This document shows positions 39,130 through 47,888 of a stretch of DNA of 63,316 nt, piece after piece. The number at the start of each line of letters is the position of its first letter. The stretch's first letter is position 1. The notes under the pieces were generated by a model, which saw only the letters and a list, made by a program, of their open reading frames with translations, did not search any database and had not been told where the DNA came from. Origin of the DNA: an uncultured Chthoniobacterales bacterium. GTDB lineage: Bacteria > Verrucomicrobiota > Verrucomicrobiia > Chthoniobacterales > SZAS-18. The translations under genes were made by a program, and so were the position numbers. Where the stretch lies: NCBI GenBank assembly GCA_964249195.1, contig CAXUAZ010000001.1:1-63316 (forward strand), read 5' to 3'.

Positions 39130-39692
39130 CATTTCGTGGAGCCCCGGCAAATCAGCGCGATGACACTCGCGGAAAGGATGGCTTGACGGTCCATCGTCTT
39201 CTCGCGCAGCAACGCTCGGGCGATGGCTTCCACCTTCCAGCGTCTCGGCTGCAACCAGGCTTCTGTCTGCGCCCGGATCGTGGCGCTGTACCATTCCAGG
39301 CTAGTGTCTCCGGCGCGGGCTTCCATCCACTCCCGGCAATAGGCCACGTCGGCGAGCGGCGAGGCGCTGGCATGGTCCCATGCGTCGGGGTTCGGGTGCG
39401 GGCTGAATAATTGCTCGGCCGCCGTGCCCGCGAAAAAGTAGACAAAGTAGCGCCGGGCCGTTTCGTTTGGGCAGGTCCAGAGTTCGCGGTGGCCCGGCTT
39501 GCCGGTGGTAATGGTGATCCGGCCCAGGTACCAGCCACCTTTGACTTTTTCTGGGATTATCGTCAGCCGTTCGATGCGGTATTCAAACGCCAGCGCAGCC
39601 ACGGCATGGCCCGCTTCGTGCAAGGCGGTGTTCCACCGATCCTCCGGCGTCTGCGATGGGGGCGAAGTTTCCGGTGTCACGCCAGCGCTCAA
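39129..39692 (-). CDS. standalone M41 (FtsH-type) peptidase-domain protein, no AAA module
   Basis: 187 aa. TALHEAGHAVAALA (HEAGH zinc motif) followed by IERLTIIP...G..LG and FAGTAAEQLF, mirroring the FtsH protease-domain order. ATGA overlap with the upstream tape-measure-like gene. Confidence 0.65.
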   Translation of the reverse strand: MSAGVTPETSPPSQTPEDRWNTALHEAGHAVAALAFEYRIERLTIIPEKVKGGWYLGRITITTGKPGHRELWTCPNETARRYFVYFFAGTAAEQLFSPHPNPDAWDHASASPLADVAYCREWMEARAGDTSLEWYSATIRAQTEAWLQPRRWKVEAIARALLREKTMDRQAILSASVIALICRGSTK

Positions 39693-41587
39693 TGAAGGGC
39701 GAGCGTCCCCAAACCTGAAATCACCCTTTCCATCAATTGGTTGGTGATCGTCTGTTGCGTGAGCTGTTGAGCGCTGATTTTAGCGGTTGCCTCGGTGAAC
39801 GTGCGGGAGCTTGACATCGCTTTGGCGGCTCCAATCGTGCCAGCGATCCCGGCCATGGTGCTCGGCCGGGCAAACTCTGACGCCATGGATTTCTTGAGGT
39901 CGGGAAAGATCACGCCGTTCTTCAGCCGGGCCGCCGGATCGTGTGCGGGATCGCCGCGCAGGCTGGCAAGGCGTTCCGCTGCCCCCGTGGCGCCCCGCAG
40001 GTGCGCCGCCGCCGATGACTCTGTAAACATCGGCGGCACGATGCTACCCGTACCGCCGTAGCTGTCCAGCGTGCCGGTCATCAGGCCGGGCAGTCCGTTC
40101 TCTTTGTTGAGCCCTCCGGACAAGCCTTGCTCCGCCATTCCATAGCCCCGCGTGACATCCCGGTATTTGCCGGTGATCGCATCGATGCCGCCGGTGATGT
40201 TGCCGCTCATGTCGCGGCGGGCGTTGATCAGCCCGTCGTCCCGATCCTGGCGCTGGTCGAACTTGTTGCGCTTAATCTCATCCTCGCGCTCCTTGCGGAT
40301 TCGCTCCTGAATTGCGGTCGGGGATTTCCCAAAATTAAGGTCTTGCCGCAGTCCGCGCACCGCGTTCTCTTTCTCTGCGATGGAAAGCTCCAAGCTCCGG
40401 GAACGCGTGGTGTTGATGCCTTTAAGAGCGTCGAGTTGCTCGCGCAGGGCGGATAACGTGGACACCTCCGTACTGTATTGCTTGGCTGCCGAGCTGGCGT
40501 TGGTCGCCTGAATAGAAGCCCCTTTCTTCGCAAGGGCGTTCTGCGATTCCGCAACCCGGGACTCTGCCCTCGCCACTTCGAGCGTGCGCTCGGCGCCCAT
40601 GAGTTCGATCTGCAATGACCGGCGCTTTTCCTCGCTGATATTGTAGCCGCTCGAAATCTGCTCTTTGAGATTGGCCGCGTTCAACTCGCCAGCCCTAACT
40701 CGCCGCATTTCGTCGCTGATAAGTGATCGCTCGACACCTTGCAAGCGGCTGGCCAGCTCGAAGCGGCGGTCATCGACGCGCTGCAACTCTTTGGCGGCCG
40801 CGATCTGCGCATCGTAGCGGTCGGCAATTGCCTTCTGGTTTTCTTTTGTATTGGCGTAGCCGTTTGATTGGAGTTCCAGCAGCTCTTTTTCCTTAGCGAT
40901 TCGCAATTCCGCAATGTCTGCCGTGTGCGAGCTGCCGCTCAATCGTTCCTTGGTGTTTTCCGTCTGGTCGCGAAGCGCCTTCGGGATCTGTCCGCTAATA
41001 CGGGCTGCCTGACTTGCTAATCCGACGCCCTGCGAGCGGTTCCTCTCCCTGTCCAGCGCCAGGTAATCGTCACCATGAATCAGGCCGTAATTTGAATTGT
41101 ACCGATAATGCAGCGCGTACTTTTCCAAGAACGAAGTGGGGTTCAGGTCGGCAGCCTTTTCGCGCACCAGCTTTTCTTGCTCGCGAATGGCCGTTAAGCG
41201 CGAAACGAGTTCCCCGCTGCCTTGCGCAGAGCTTGTGCGCGAATTTAGCTTGATGATCCCCAGGGTCGAATCGTTGACCCCTTCGAGTTCCTTTTTTGCC
41301 GCGGCGGCTTCATCGCGCAATGTGGCCATCGCTTCACCCGCTATGGTAATACCAGCGCCCAGCGCGCCAGCGGTGACCGCCGACAGCTTCATGGATTGCA
41401 TCAGCTTATCAGCGCCGCGGCCGACCAGTGAACCCGGGTCGAGAATGGTGCCTTTGATCGTGCTTACCTTTTCGCTGTAGGAGCGCTTCAACTCTCCCAT
41501 CACTTTCTTTGCCCGGTTGGCTCCTTCGACAAGCCCACTGGTGTCAGCCACGAAGAATGCTTTCACCTCATCAGAGATTTGTGCCAT
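39689..41587 (-). CDS. tape-measure-like coiled-coil protein
   Basis: 632 aa. N-terminal hydrophobic Gly/Ala segment (VTAGALGAGITIAGEAMA), long Ala/Glu/Arg-rich coiled coil and Gly-rich C-terminus. Assigned by composition and architecture only. Confidence 0.4.
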   Translation of the reverse strand: MAQISDEVKAFFVADTSGLVEGANRAKKVMGELKRSYSEKVSTIKGTILDPGSLVGRGADKLMQSMKLSAVTAGALGAGITIAGEAMATLRDEAAAAKKELEGVNDSTLGIIKLNSRTSSAQGSGELVSRLTAIREQEKLVREKAADLNPTSFLEKYALHYRYNSNYGLIHGDDYLALDRERNRSQGVGLASQAARISGQIPKALRDQTENTKERLSGSSHTADIAELRIAKEKELLELQSNGYANTKENQKAIADRYDAQIAAAKELQRVDDRRFELASRLQGVERSLISDEMRRVRAGELNAANLKEQISSGYNISEEKRRSLQIELMGAERTLEVARAESRVAESQNALAKKGASIQATNASSAAKQYSTEVSTLSALREQLDALKGINTTRSRSLELSIAEKENAVRGLRQDLNFGKSPTAIQERIRKEREDEIKRNKFDQRQDRDDGLINARRDMSGNITGGIDAITGKYRDVTRGYGMAEQGLSGGLNKENGLPGLMTGTLDSYGGTGSIVPPMFTESSAAAHLRGATGAAERLASLRGDPAHDPAARLKNGVIFPDLKKSMASEFARPSTMAGIAGTIGAAKAMSSSRTFTEATAKISAQQLTQQTITNQLMERVISGLGTLALH

Positions 41588-41593
41588 ATGGTA

Positions 41594-42289
41594 TTAGCGT
41601 TGTACTGCGTCAGCGGTCTCCTGCTGTTTGCGTCGCAGGTATGTGATGATGTCTTTCGAGGCTTCGTTAAACGCGGTCGAAAGCAGATGATGCTGTTTCT
41701 CCATCGCGGCAATCCCTGGCGTCGAGTTCGTGATCGTCACCATGGGCGAGCCGGTGCCCATTCCCGAGATCGTGACCGTGCCCTTGGGGCTTTTCACCTG
41801 CGCGAGTTTCCTTCCAAGTCCGCTCTTACCGGTGTATTTGCCGTCATCGCCTTTCGCGAGGTCGACGAGCTTGTTGACGGCGGGAAGCCATCCCGTTGCC
41901 ACATAGCCTCGGCGCTTGGCCCGTTTCGCGATCTGCGCGGCCTGCATCCGCTTAAGCGGACCCTTGCTGCCGCGTTTCTCGCCCTTATGAAGCGGCCACG
42001 CGCCGGCCTTGCGCTTCACCCGCCAGCCGAGCGACTTCACCTTGCGCGCAATGTCGGCCTCGCTGGGGGCCAGAGCCGCGGTGGCCTTGTAGAGTTCGAT
42101 GGCAACGTCCTTTGCTTTCTTGGCGACGAGTTCACCGGCGTTGCGCGTGTTCGCCTCCAGGTACTTTCCCAAGAGGCGGGTGAAGCGGTCGGCTGATGGC
42201 GGAATGGTGATTCGAAGGGGCATCGTTGCGAGAGCTTTTAGAACTGCGCCGGCACGTTGATATTGGGATTTATTTCGACGGGGGGTCAT
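41594..42289 (-). CDS. hypothetical phage-like protein (Lys/Arg-rich)
   Basis: 231-aa ORF, co-directional and 6 nt upstream of the tape-measure-like gene. No confident family. Confidence 0.45.
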   Translation of the reverse strand: MTPRRNKSQYQRAGAVLKALATMPLRITIPPSADRFTRLLGKYLEANTRNAGELVAKKAKDVAIELYKATAALAPSEADIARKVKSLGWRVKRKAGAWPLHKGEKRGSKGPLKRMQAAQIAKRAKRRGYVATGWLPAVNKLVDLAKGDDGKYTGKSGLGRKLAQVKSPKGTVTISGMGTGSPMVTITNSTPGIAAMEKQHHLLSTAFNEASKDIITYLRRKQQETADAVQR

Positions 42290-42329
42290 CTAGCGGCAGT
42301 GGTCTCGTGCGACCGAGTTGGCTGGCGTC

Positions 42330-42941
42330 TCACCGCTCACCGCAAAATCGCAGCCCACCTTCCGGGCTGTTAATGTCTACAAAGGCGGTATTTTGTTGCC
42401 CCTTATCAACGAGCAGTTCACGCACAAATGCAGGCACGGGTTGTTTGGGGAATTGCAGTGGTGGGGCCGACCGTTCCTTCCACTCGGGAAGTATCTCCCT
42501 CACTGAACTGTCCAGTGACCCGCCCTGTTCCATAAGACTCAGATTGAACCGGTCGCCTTGCGTCCAGTGCTTGAGCTGATGGAGAAGCCCGTACCAGAGG
42601 ATCATGGCTGCCCCTTGCGCCTCCTTTGGCGCGCACTTCCGGTCCTCCGCTATCATCTCTGCCCAACGTTCCAGCAGGACGGACGAAGCTTCATAAACAA
42701 AGTGAGATGCTGCCTGTTCAACCATAAAGCGGAGGATGTTGCTGTGCTCCATTCCTGGCGGAAGGTAGGTGCACTTCTCGATTGATCGCTCGCGATGGTC
42801 TGCAATCCATTGCGGCATCGCGGCGGCGTTGTCGAGTGGTGCGCAGGCCGTTCGCCAGTCGCGCACGGTGCGGTCAGTTACGCCGTATCGCTTGGCGAGG
42901 GCTTGATCTATGGTTCTTTGTCTTACTTGTTGGGTTTTCAT
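42330..42941 (-). CDS. hypothetical protein with N-terminal HTH-like segment (small-terminase-like or regulator)
   Basis: 203 aa. IDQALAKRYGVTDRTVRDW resembles an HTH. Confidence 0.4.
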   Translation of the reverse strand: MKTQQVRQRTIDQALAKRYGVTDRTVRDWRTACAPLDNAAAMPQWIADHRERSIEKCTYLPPGMEHSNILRFMVEQAASHFVYEASSVLLERWAEMIAEDRKCAPKEAQGAAMILWYGLLHQLKHWTQGDRFNLSLMEQGGSLDSSVREILPEWKERSAPPLQFPKQPVPAFVRELLVDKGQQNTAFVDINSPEGGLRFCGER

Positions 42942-43066
42942 AAGTTGGACTCGCTTGGAAGTGGGAAGCGCTCATTTTGAGAATTTGTCTCACAGGTGAA
43001 AGCGGCACCCCGTTCCGACCCTGCTGGTTTTCGCAAATTTGAAAAAGATTCCTTTCCACCCCCCCC

Positions 43067-43651
43067 TTATGGCAACATCTCTCGTAGGTCATCACGCACG
43101 GCGTTGAGCCTCGCTATCGCTGCGGCCTTGTTAGGATCGTCGTGAATTGGGGAGGCGAGTGCCTGAGCTATAACGTCTTCCGCGAAGTCAAACTGCGACC
43201 GTTCGTCACCTGGAGACGCACCGCCAACCGCGAGATGTCGATCGACTGCCCGCACGTACTCTTCAAGGACTCCCGCTGTTCGGTTCAACAAGTCAGCATC
43301 AAAAAGGTCGGGTTTAATGAGCAAGGCAGCCAAACGTTCAACTGTGACGCCCCGGGTCTTTCGGCAGAAGGTTTCGAGGGCATGTAGTTGTTGTTCCAAG
43401 CGCGCAATGCCTGATGCGCGAGACTGATCCTCGTCTGAGGTGAACGCTCGGGCGCCCTCCAGGATCTCGGTTATCAAGGCGTGGTTTTCTACGATCTCGG
43501 TCGATACGCCGGCGCTAGGCCCGGCGGAAGTGTGGCCATCGGCATTGATGAACTCGATAGCACTTGTGACCATGCGGTCCAGAAAGCCGGCATTGAAGTC
43601 GAAGTTCGCAGACCGCATAAAAGCGAGCTGTTGGCGCAGGAGCATGCTCAT
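43067..43651 (-). CDS. hypothetical helical protein
   Basis: ORF 43067..43705. The ATG at 43651 gives an ATGA overlap with the upstream 87-aa gene. Confidence 0.4.
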   Translation of the reverse strand: MSMLLRQQLAFMRSANFDFNAGFLDRMVTSAIEFINADGHTSAGPSAGVSTEIVENHALITEILEGARAFTSDEDQSRASGIARLEQQLHALETFCRKTRGVTVERLAALLIKPDLFDADLLNRTAGVLEEYVRAVDRHLAVGGASPGDERSQFDFAEDVIAQALASPIHDDPNKAAAIARLNAVRDDLREMLP

Positions 43652-43911
43652 AGGGTGTAAGCTGGATCGTCTGAATCGCTGGGGTTGTGCGCAACCTTCC
43701 GCCAACCGACCTGGCAGAGGTTGCCGTGGTAATGGTCGAGCGGGCTGGTTCCAACGTGCGGATCAATTACCCAAAGCGCGCCGTCCTGCTGGAAGATCGT
43801 CACCACCTCGGGTTCGAAGTCGCTTTCTGAGCATTTCATCTCCCAATCGCCCGCATCGTCGGGCAGGGTCGGCTGCCATGCTTCCTTGTTTGCCCTTAGG
43901 ATAGTTTGCAT
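43648..43911 (-). CDS. hypothetical protein
   Basis: 87-aa ORF, co-directional, overlapping the ERCC4-like gene end by 16 nt. Confidence 0.4.
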   Translation of the reverse strand: MQTILRANKEAWQPTLPDDAGDWEMKCSESDFEPEVVTIFQQDGALWVIDPHVGTSPLDHYHGNLCQVGWRKVAHNPSDSDDPAYTL

Positions 43912-44399
43912 GGGTAGACGTTTGTGCGAACCGATGCCACCTCAGCCTTCTTGATGGCACCGGCCGCGCGTTCGATCTCGCGAACCTGGCCAGAGAGGAA
44001 GCGGTAGGCCATGTCGGCCGCGGCGCGCACGCTGCCCGCGAAGAGCACTGGCGCGCCACGCCGGGTCCAGCTCGCAATCGTGCCGGAGATCGCCGCGTCG
44101 GTCAGCAAGCCGCGAGCGTGATTTGCGCTGAGCACGTCAGCGAATGAACCCTCGACTATGATGGCGAAGCTCCCAAGGTAACGCGCCCGCTTAATCTCCA
44201 AATCAAAGCGCTTCCGCTCGCGGCCAATGGCAGCCAGGAAGTCAGGAATGGTCTTGCGTTCGACCACGGCGCCGTCGGGCAAGGCTGCAAGAGCAATGTC
44301 GCCGGTCTCCAACGTGCCGCGTACTAGGCGAACATCTGCCGGGAAGTGCGGAGCCCATGGATGCGGCCAAGGCTCACGAGTGTCGATGGTGATTGTCAT
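43896..44399 (-). CDS. ERCC4-type (XPF/Mus81-like) nuclease domain protein
   Basis: 167 aa. IDTREPW...LETGDIAL...VVERKTIPDFLAAI...R matches the ERCC4 GDx(n)ERKx3D signature. Confidence 0.7.
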   Translation of the reverse strand: MTITIDTREPWPHPWAPHFPADVRLVRGTLETGDIALAALPDGAVVERKTIPDFLAAIGRERKRFDLEIKRARYLGSFAIIVEGSFADVLSANHARGLLTDAAISGTIASWTRRGAPVLFAGSVRAAADMAYRFLSGQVREIERAAGAIKKAEVASVRTNVYPCKLS

Positions 44400-44543
44400 G
44401 GAAAGTTGGAGTTAAGGACCGAGATGCAAAGGATGGAATCCTGCGGCGTTCGTGGATCAAACGATAGGCGAGCCGGCGAGCAAAAGGGGTGGAGGGGTGG
44501 AAGAAGTTTCTCATTTCATAGCCTCACAGGGGTGGCTCCTCTC

Positions 44544-45944
44544 TTATTGTTTGTCCTCATGTAAGAAGGGAAAAACAGCCTCAACCCCTCCACCCCTTTT
44601 TGGTGGATTGAGGGTCCAGAGATTGACGCCATGGAGTAGCCGTTTGCTGATCCGATCGGGATGCTTATTGGCCAGCCTGGCGAGGTACACTCCGCACGCC
44701 GTGTTGTAACTGAGAACCCGGCGCGCCTCGTACGCGCTGTGGCTTTCACTGCCGGTCAGGCGTTTCTCCAGTTGCTCGGATTTGCCTTCCCAGGAATCAT
44801 CCAACGGGCCGGAGAACAACTCGGCGTCTATGAGGTCTAGCAAGCGACGCTCCGGTGAAAGGTCGTCAATTGCCCGCAACAGGTCTGGGTGATGAAAAAA
44901 CCGAATGCCGAAGCGCGCGCTGCGTAGAGGCTCTGGAATTTCCCAAGAAAGCAGGAAGGCCACGAACGCCGGCAACTCGCCAATCAATGTTTGCCAGAAA
45001 ATCCGCCGCTGCTCGTCAGTTTCAGTCGGCATCGGCATGCCTTCTCGCCGAGCTTTGAGGAGGATCAGCTTATCTTCCAGGCTGTCATCAAGCGGCGGCA
45101 GCACCATCAAGTTTTCAGGCTCGTCGTTGACCGTGATGCTCAGTCGCCAGAATGGCGTAAGGGTAAGCGGTTGCCGATTTTTCCCATGACAGTTCTGATG
45201 CTCGTTGGCGGTGATCTCTTTAAGGTGAGCGCCAAACGCACGCCGGGCACGGATGTCGGAACTCGCCGCCTCATCTTCGATCACGAGGTGTTCGGCGGTA
45301 AAGGTGTGAGAATTGAAGGGTGTTAGCCCAACCATGTACTGATATGGCTTTGCTGCCCGGCCACCGAGTAGATCGGTGATCAGCTTTTGCAGTAATGACT
45401 TTCCGCAGTCCGAAGGCCCGGCAATCGCAAGCGCCTGGCCGGTGCGCCTTTGGTCAGCGCGCAGGGATTCCAGCGCCACCTTCAGCCACCCAAAAAGGTA
45501 GGGCGTCTGGTCGAAACTCTCATCGGTCAGCAAGCCAGACAGCATCGCTCGCAGTGTGTCCCAATTGCCGACGCACGGTTCAATCAGGCGCGGTGAGTCG
45601 GTAACCAGCACGCGATTGCCGAGCACCTCGTAGACGCCTGTTTTGTAGCCAGATAGCGGCCCGGCATAGGTGACGTTCCTCGTCGTCTGCAGATCGAGCA
45701 CCAGCGCGTCCAGTGGGCTGACGTTCTGTCCGTCTTGGACGGCGGACGAAACGCCCTGGCTCCGCGCGAACCGCTTCACGCCTGTCTCGTTGAGCTGGAC
45801 CCAACCGTTCCGATTATCTCGAATCCAGTAAAAGCCCCGTGGACTATCGTAGTACGCCTCCGGCGGCTTGGGCGGCGCGGGTTCTGGCGGCTTTGGTCGA
45901 TAGATGCGGTCCGTTACCGCGCTGGGGAGAGTCTTGGCGCTCAT
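44544..45944 (-). CDS. SF3 (D5/P4-alpha C-terminal type) replicative helicase
   Basis: 466 aa with Walker A IAGPSDCGKSLL and Walker B HLVIEDEA. Positioned immediately downstream of the primase, with overlapping stop and start. Confidence 0.7.
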   Translation of the reverse strand: MSAKTLPSAVTDRIYRPKPPEPAPPKPPEAYYDSPRGFYWIRDNRNGWVQLNETGVKRFARSQGVSSAVQDGQNVSPLDALVLDLQTTRNVTYAGPLSGYKTGVYEVLGNRVLVTDSPRLIEPCVGNWDTLRAMLSGLLTDESFDQTPYLFGWLKVALESLRADQRRTGQALAIAGPSDCGKSLLQKLITDLLGGRAAKPYQYMVGLTPFNSHTFTAEHLVIEDEAASSDIRARRAFGAHLKEITANEHQNCHGKNRQPLTLTPFWRLSITVNDEPENLMVLPPLDDSLEDKLILLKARREGMPMPTETDEQRRIFWQTLIGELPAFVAFLLSWEIPEPLRSARFGIRFFHHPDLLRAIDDLSPERRLLDLIDAELFSGPLDDSWEGKSEQLEKRLTGSESHSAYEARRVLSYNTACGVYLARLANKHPDRISKRLLHGVNLWTLNPPKRGGGVEAVFPFLHEDKQ

Positions 45945-46948
45945 CGCGGAAGCACCTCCCCGGAGAAAATATCGCCGCGGTCTGCGGTGGGGATCGCCAG
46001 ATCATTCAAATCCTTCACGGCCAATCCATCCCCGCGATACAGCCCGTCAAAGCGAAAGGCATCAACCGTACAACCGACTTGCTCAAGCTGGCGGGTCCAG
46101 CGAACCGCGGCCGCTCGGCCGGCTGTATCCGCGTGCGGGAAAAGCCTCACTCGTTTGCCCGCCAGCAACTTCAGCGCATCCTCCGGGATCTGATTCGAAG
46201 CGCCAAGCATGGCGATAGCGCCAACATCTGCCGCCCGTCTCTCTCTCGCGATGTAGTGGTGGGCGGCCAATAAATCCGGGGCCCCCTCCACAAGTGCGAC
46301 GAATGGTAATTCGCTCGCCTCTTGCGTGCCCACGGGCCAAGCCGCCCGACTTCCCGGCAGGGTCCATGCCTTCGCCTCAATATGCTCCCAAAAGGCGCCG
46401 TCGATTCGACGGGCCTGCGCGTTGACCCTCGCGCGGTCAGTGACGATCCAGGCGTAGTACTCGCGCGACGCGGCAAAGAAAAGCAGACCGCGTCTTACAG
46501 CTAACGACACGCCTTCAAAGGACAAATTTCTGCGCTGGGCAACAGCGACGATCTCGGCTCTCGACCCGGGGTTAAGCCCTACCGGCAAAACTAGACGCCT
46601 TGCAGGGGGCGGCACAGGCTTGGGGTATGGCCGCTCCGTCATGGGAGCTTCCGAGTTATCGCCAAAAGCAAGTTGAACGAGCCGGCGACACGCCTCGCGT
46701 TCGTCAATATCGAGCGCGCGCGCCAACAGCTCCACGGGACCGCCTTCGCCGCATCCCGCATGGCACTTCCACCGCATAGACCCTTTGTTGCCGACATACA
46801 CGCTAAACGAGGCGGAGCGATCCTCATGCAGCGGGCAACGGCAACTCCGCGAAGGTTCGCCGGGTAGACTCAAGCGCTTCCAAAGCGTCGGCACGTCCAG
46901 CCGCGCTTTCGCGTCCGCGATTGTTGGGCGATTCGCGCTCATGAGCAT
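45941..46948 (-). CDS. DNA primase (CHC2-like zinc finger + Toprim-like domain)
   Basis: 335 aa. CRCPLHEDRSASFSVY...WKCHAGCG zinc finger. LVEGAPDLL and LFPHADTAG are Toprim-like acidic motifs. Confidence 0.7.
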   Translation of the reverse strand: MLMSANRPTIADAKARLDVPTLWKRLSLPGEPSRSCRCPLHEDRSASFSVYVGNKGSMRWKCHAGCGEGGPVELLARALDIDEREACRRLVQLAFGDNSEAPMTERPYPKPVPPPARRLVLPVGLNPGSRAEIVAVAQRRNLSFEGVSLAVRRGLLFFAASREYYAWIVTDRARVNAQARRIDGAFWEHIEAKAWTLPGSRAAWPVGTQEASELPFVALVEGAPDLLAAHHYIARERRAADVGAIAMLGASNQIPEDALKLLAGKRVRLFPHADTAGRAAAVRWTRQLEQVGCTVDAFRFDGLYRGDGLAVKDLNDLAIPTADRGDIFSGEVLPR

Positions 46949-47151
46949 AGCTTTCTCATTAGCCGTTCCGCTTTTTGGCGACGGCGTTCAATGCGGTGGG
47001 CGAGATTGAAGCAGCCACGAAGGTTTAGCCGTAGAAATGAGGCTTCACCCCTTTCGAGGTTGTTCTCCGCCTCGTTCACGCAGTCGAGCAGTCGTGAAGC
47101 ATCGAGAATGATGCCGGCGATCATGCCAGCCGTTCCGTTTTCTTTTTTCAT
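46939..47151 (-). CDS. hypothetical small protein
   Basis: ATG at 47151 (MKKENGTAGMIAG...) within ORF 46939..47235. Overlaps the primase start by 10 nt. Confidence 0.35.
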   Translation of the reverse strand: MKKENGTAGMIAGIILDASRLLDCVNEAENNLERGEASFLRLNLRGCFNLAHRIERRRQKAERLMRKLCS

Positions 47152-47258
47152 GCAAGGGATTGCCCTTGCGGCTGCGGAGGAGGTGTGAGAATCTGGTTTG
47201 CCTTCGGATTCCGCACACGCCCCACCTCGCCGCAAAAGCTCGAGAGTGGGGTGTTTGC

Positions 47259-47459
47259 TTATTGCGCGAGAAAGCGCTCCAGTTCGGTGATGGCGAAGAT
47301 TTGATGCCGCAGGCAGCGATTCGGCTTTAGGAGCCCCCGTTCTACCAGTCGGCGAACGGTGATGGTTGCCACTCCTAGGTAGGTAGCGGCGTCGCGAAGT
47401 TTGAGGGCGCGGGGTTGTACCGTACTCTCCCGTTTGGTTTTAGATTGAGTGTCTTGCAT
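47259..47459 (-). CDS. AlpA/excisionase-family HTH protein
   Basis: LKLRDAATYLGVATITVRRLVERGLLKP is a typical excisionase/MerR-like HTH. ATG at 47459; the track uses a TTG at 47498. Confidence 0.7.
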   Translation of the reverse strand: MQDTQSKTKRESTVQPRALKLRDAATYLGVATITVRRLVERGLLKPNRCLRHQIFAITELERFLAQ

Positions 47460-47549
47460 TTTGATGGAGGGTTGGGATTTTCCCAATTCCTCCGTCAACC
47501 GCTCAACCGCTCATTTCGCCCCTTTACGTGCGTAAGTCGCTCTCGCGCA

Positions 47550-47888
47550 ATGCTCAAAAAATCTCTATTTTCTTTCCGGGGTTGTCGCCACTTCCGCGTG
47601 AGCCAGCGCGCAATGATCGCGGCAAAACTTGCGAACATGAAAAGTGGCGAGCGAACCGATTTAGAACCTGGCTCGAATTCAGGCAAGGTTTCTCAAGACG
47701 ACGCGGCCGCAAAGCTAAACGTGGGCCGAGCCGCCGTCCAACAGGCCGCCATCGTCAAGAACCTCGGCTCGCCCGAACTTCAAGCCGCCGTCGAAGAAGG
47801 CAAAGTCAGCGTGAACGCCGACGGCATCGCGCCTTACTCCATGAGCAAGGCCATCCGCGCCGAATGCACGGGTCGCACGTGGCTGTAG
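47550..47888 (+). CDS. ParB-C-terminal-like HTH DNA-binding protein
   Basis: ATG at 47550 within ORF 47415..47888. SQRAMIAAKLANMKSGERTD...VSQDDAAAKLNVGRAAVQQAAIV...SPELQAAVEEGKVSV resembles the HTH region of ParB/KorB-like phage proteins. The 3-prime end overlaps the convergent integrase by 55 nt. Confidence 0.5.
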   Translation: MLKKSLFSFRGCRHFRVSQRAMIAAKLANMKSGERTDLEPGSNSGKVSQDDAAAKLNVGRAAVQQAAIVKNLGSPELQAAVEEGKVSVNADGIAPYSMSKAIRAECTGRTWL

